Below are positions 62,201 through 64,000 of a stretch of DNA of 64,000 nt, one piece after another. The stretch is taken from the NCBI RefSeq assembly GCF_001194135.2, contig NC_068984.1, positions 52,523,807-52,587,806 of the forward strand. The letters are read 5' to 3'. The stretch comes from Octopus bimaculoides. Taxonomy: Eukaryota. The position numbers and the translations under genes were made by a program. How positions within the stretch are numbered: the first letter of the stretch is position 1; each line of letters begins with the position of its first letter. The notes below the pieces were generated by a model. The model had not been told where the DNA came from and made no database searches. It worked only from the letters and a program-made list of their open reading frames with translations.

Positions 62201-63699
62201 TTATCTATACTGATACTTCCTGCCAATCGCAACTCCACCCTTGCACATCATTCGATATATCCTCCTCTTCCTCATTTTCTAAACTGCTACTCTTCCCTGA
62301 CATTCTTATGAGACTACCCTTTCCACACTGACAGAGCTGGTTTTAAACTAATTAGACAGATTTGTTCAAATTTGACCCTGTGCCAAGAGAGGGCCCCCAC
62401 ACACACACTTGAGTGGAAGACATGATGATGAATTTTTGGTATATCATTGTGGCTATATCATTGTGGCCCTCCATGCTTTTTGGCTGGGACTGGCAAACAA
62501 CACAAAGCATTAAACATCAATCTTCAGCTTTTTGTAGAGTACAAGGTCCCACTGATAATTCTCTAATTGGGCCCTGCACTTCCAAGCACCAGCCTTTCCC
62601 CCTGATCCACTGACCATATTCTCTCTTATGTTCATCTACCTATGATGATAGATTTATTTGTCTGCAGATTTAATTTGGTGACAGAAACAGGCACAGCATC
62701 CCAAAGACAGAGACTTTTACTCTTTGACATTTAAACCAACCATATCCAGCCCAAATGGGAAGCAAGCTTCTTACCACACAGCCACGCCTAAAATTTGTTG
62801 TAAGCTAATTACCAGGTGGAATGGGTATAGTTCTGAAAAGTCTTTGGTAAATACTTTTATTTCAGGATTCAAGAAATGAGCAACTATGAAATTTAGAAGT
62901 AAATTTAGAGTATCAAGAGATGACATAACTCTAATGTAGGACAATGTCTACTGGCTGTTTCTAATAATGATAGATTTATTTGTCAGGTAGATTTAATTTG
63001 GTGACAGTGACAAGTACAGCATCCCAAAAAGACAGAGACTTTTACCCTTTAACATTTAAACCAGTCATATCCGGCTCAAATATTCTACCTATTTTATGTT
63101 CAAACCAACTATATCCAGCCTTTCACACCTACCCTACAATAGCATTCTAAAAATAAACAATCACATCATGCAAATCTTGAAGCCACAAAATAATGCATGA
63201 TTAATTCAAAAACAAGGTGAGAGTCAGTTATATCTCATAAAATTGGTTCTTGGATTTTAGGAGCTTTGAATGGAATTAAATGTAATATTGGTTTAAGATA
63301 TGACATATTGAATGTAGGTATGACATAAGTATGAATGTGTAATTTGAAAAGAGTAGCAGAAAGGCAAAAAAAGAAAATTGAGACCATTTAAAAGTTTGAA
63401 CATAGGTATGACATCCTGAGTAATAGCCATGCAGACAACCAGACAATGTTTCATTAGATGAAACCATATTTAAAAATTAAAACATTAAAGAGCAATGTAC
63501 ATCAAACATGTTGTATAAGGAAAACAATTTGAGACGATAATGAACATTATTACGACAGCAAGTAATGGAGATAATTCTGAGAAATTTTACCTTAGGTTAA
63601 AGTTCATCAAGATTGCTGAGATCAGTGACTGACACCATTAACGCGGTTAACATTCCACCCAAACTGTGGCAAAATAATACTTGCAGAAAAGAGATGCAC

Positions 63700-64000
63700 A
63701 TCGTCATCATCGTTTAACGTCCGCTTTCTATGCTAGCATGGGTTGGACGATTTGACTGAGGACTGGTGAAACCGGATGGCAACACCAGGCTCCAATCTAA
63801 ATTTGGCAGAGTTTCTACAGTTGGATGCCCTTCCTAATGCCAACCACTCAGAGAGTGTAGTAGGTGCTTTTACGTGTCACCCGCACGAAGGCCAGTCAGG
63901 CGATACTGGCAATGGCCACGCTCGAAATGGTGTCTTTTATGTGCCACCCGCACAAGAGCCAGTCCAGGGGCACTGGCAACGATCTCGCTCGAAAATCCTA
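63700..64000 (-). mobile_element. young RTE 3'-UTR subfamily copy (runs off window)
   Basis: Near-identical to 40303-40506; GC-rich hairpin units as at 28560-28715. Confidence 0.85.

Overview
AT-rich, microsatellite-dense eukaryotic genomic DNA with six N-gaps (2833-2842, 3900-4449, 18374-18845, 28716-28725, 40507-41178, 48761-48984). The repeat families and overall composition look like an octopus (coleoid cephalopod) genome. That assignment is from recall, not a search. I cannot support any host protein-coding exon, rRNA, genuine tRNA or CRISPR array; the window reads as intergenic or deep-intronic. Almost all recognisable content is transposon-derived: tRNA-headed SINEs, RTE LINE relics and 3' ends with (GAT)n tails, CR1/Jockey-type and Tx1/L1-type LINE pieces, Penelope fragments, a Mag-type Gypsy integrase with PPT and 3' LTR, a solo LTR, Tc1 (DD34E), hAT, Helitron and several MITE families. 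The most interesting signal is two divergent copies of a compact retroposon (47384-49313 and 53323-54790, minus strand). Each encodes only a gag/ORF1-like CCHC protein with no reverse transcriptase, and each ends in a 3' tail also seen on a SINE (21609) and on an L1/Tx1-type LINE 3' end (57051). One copy sits inside a four-layer nested insertion in which the three inner layers each keep a readable target-site duplication. Also notable are two Penelope-type minimal hammerhead-like motifs, GG..CC/8-bp-TSD MITEs with internal telomere-like repeats, an 88-nt pre-miRNA-like hairpin and a candidate recursive splice site.
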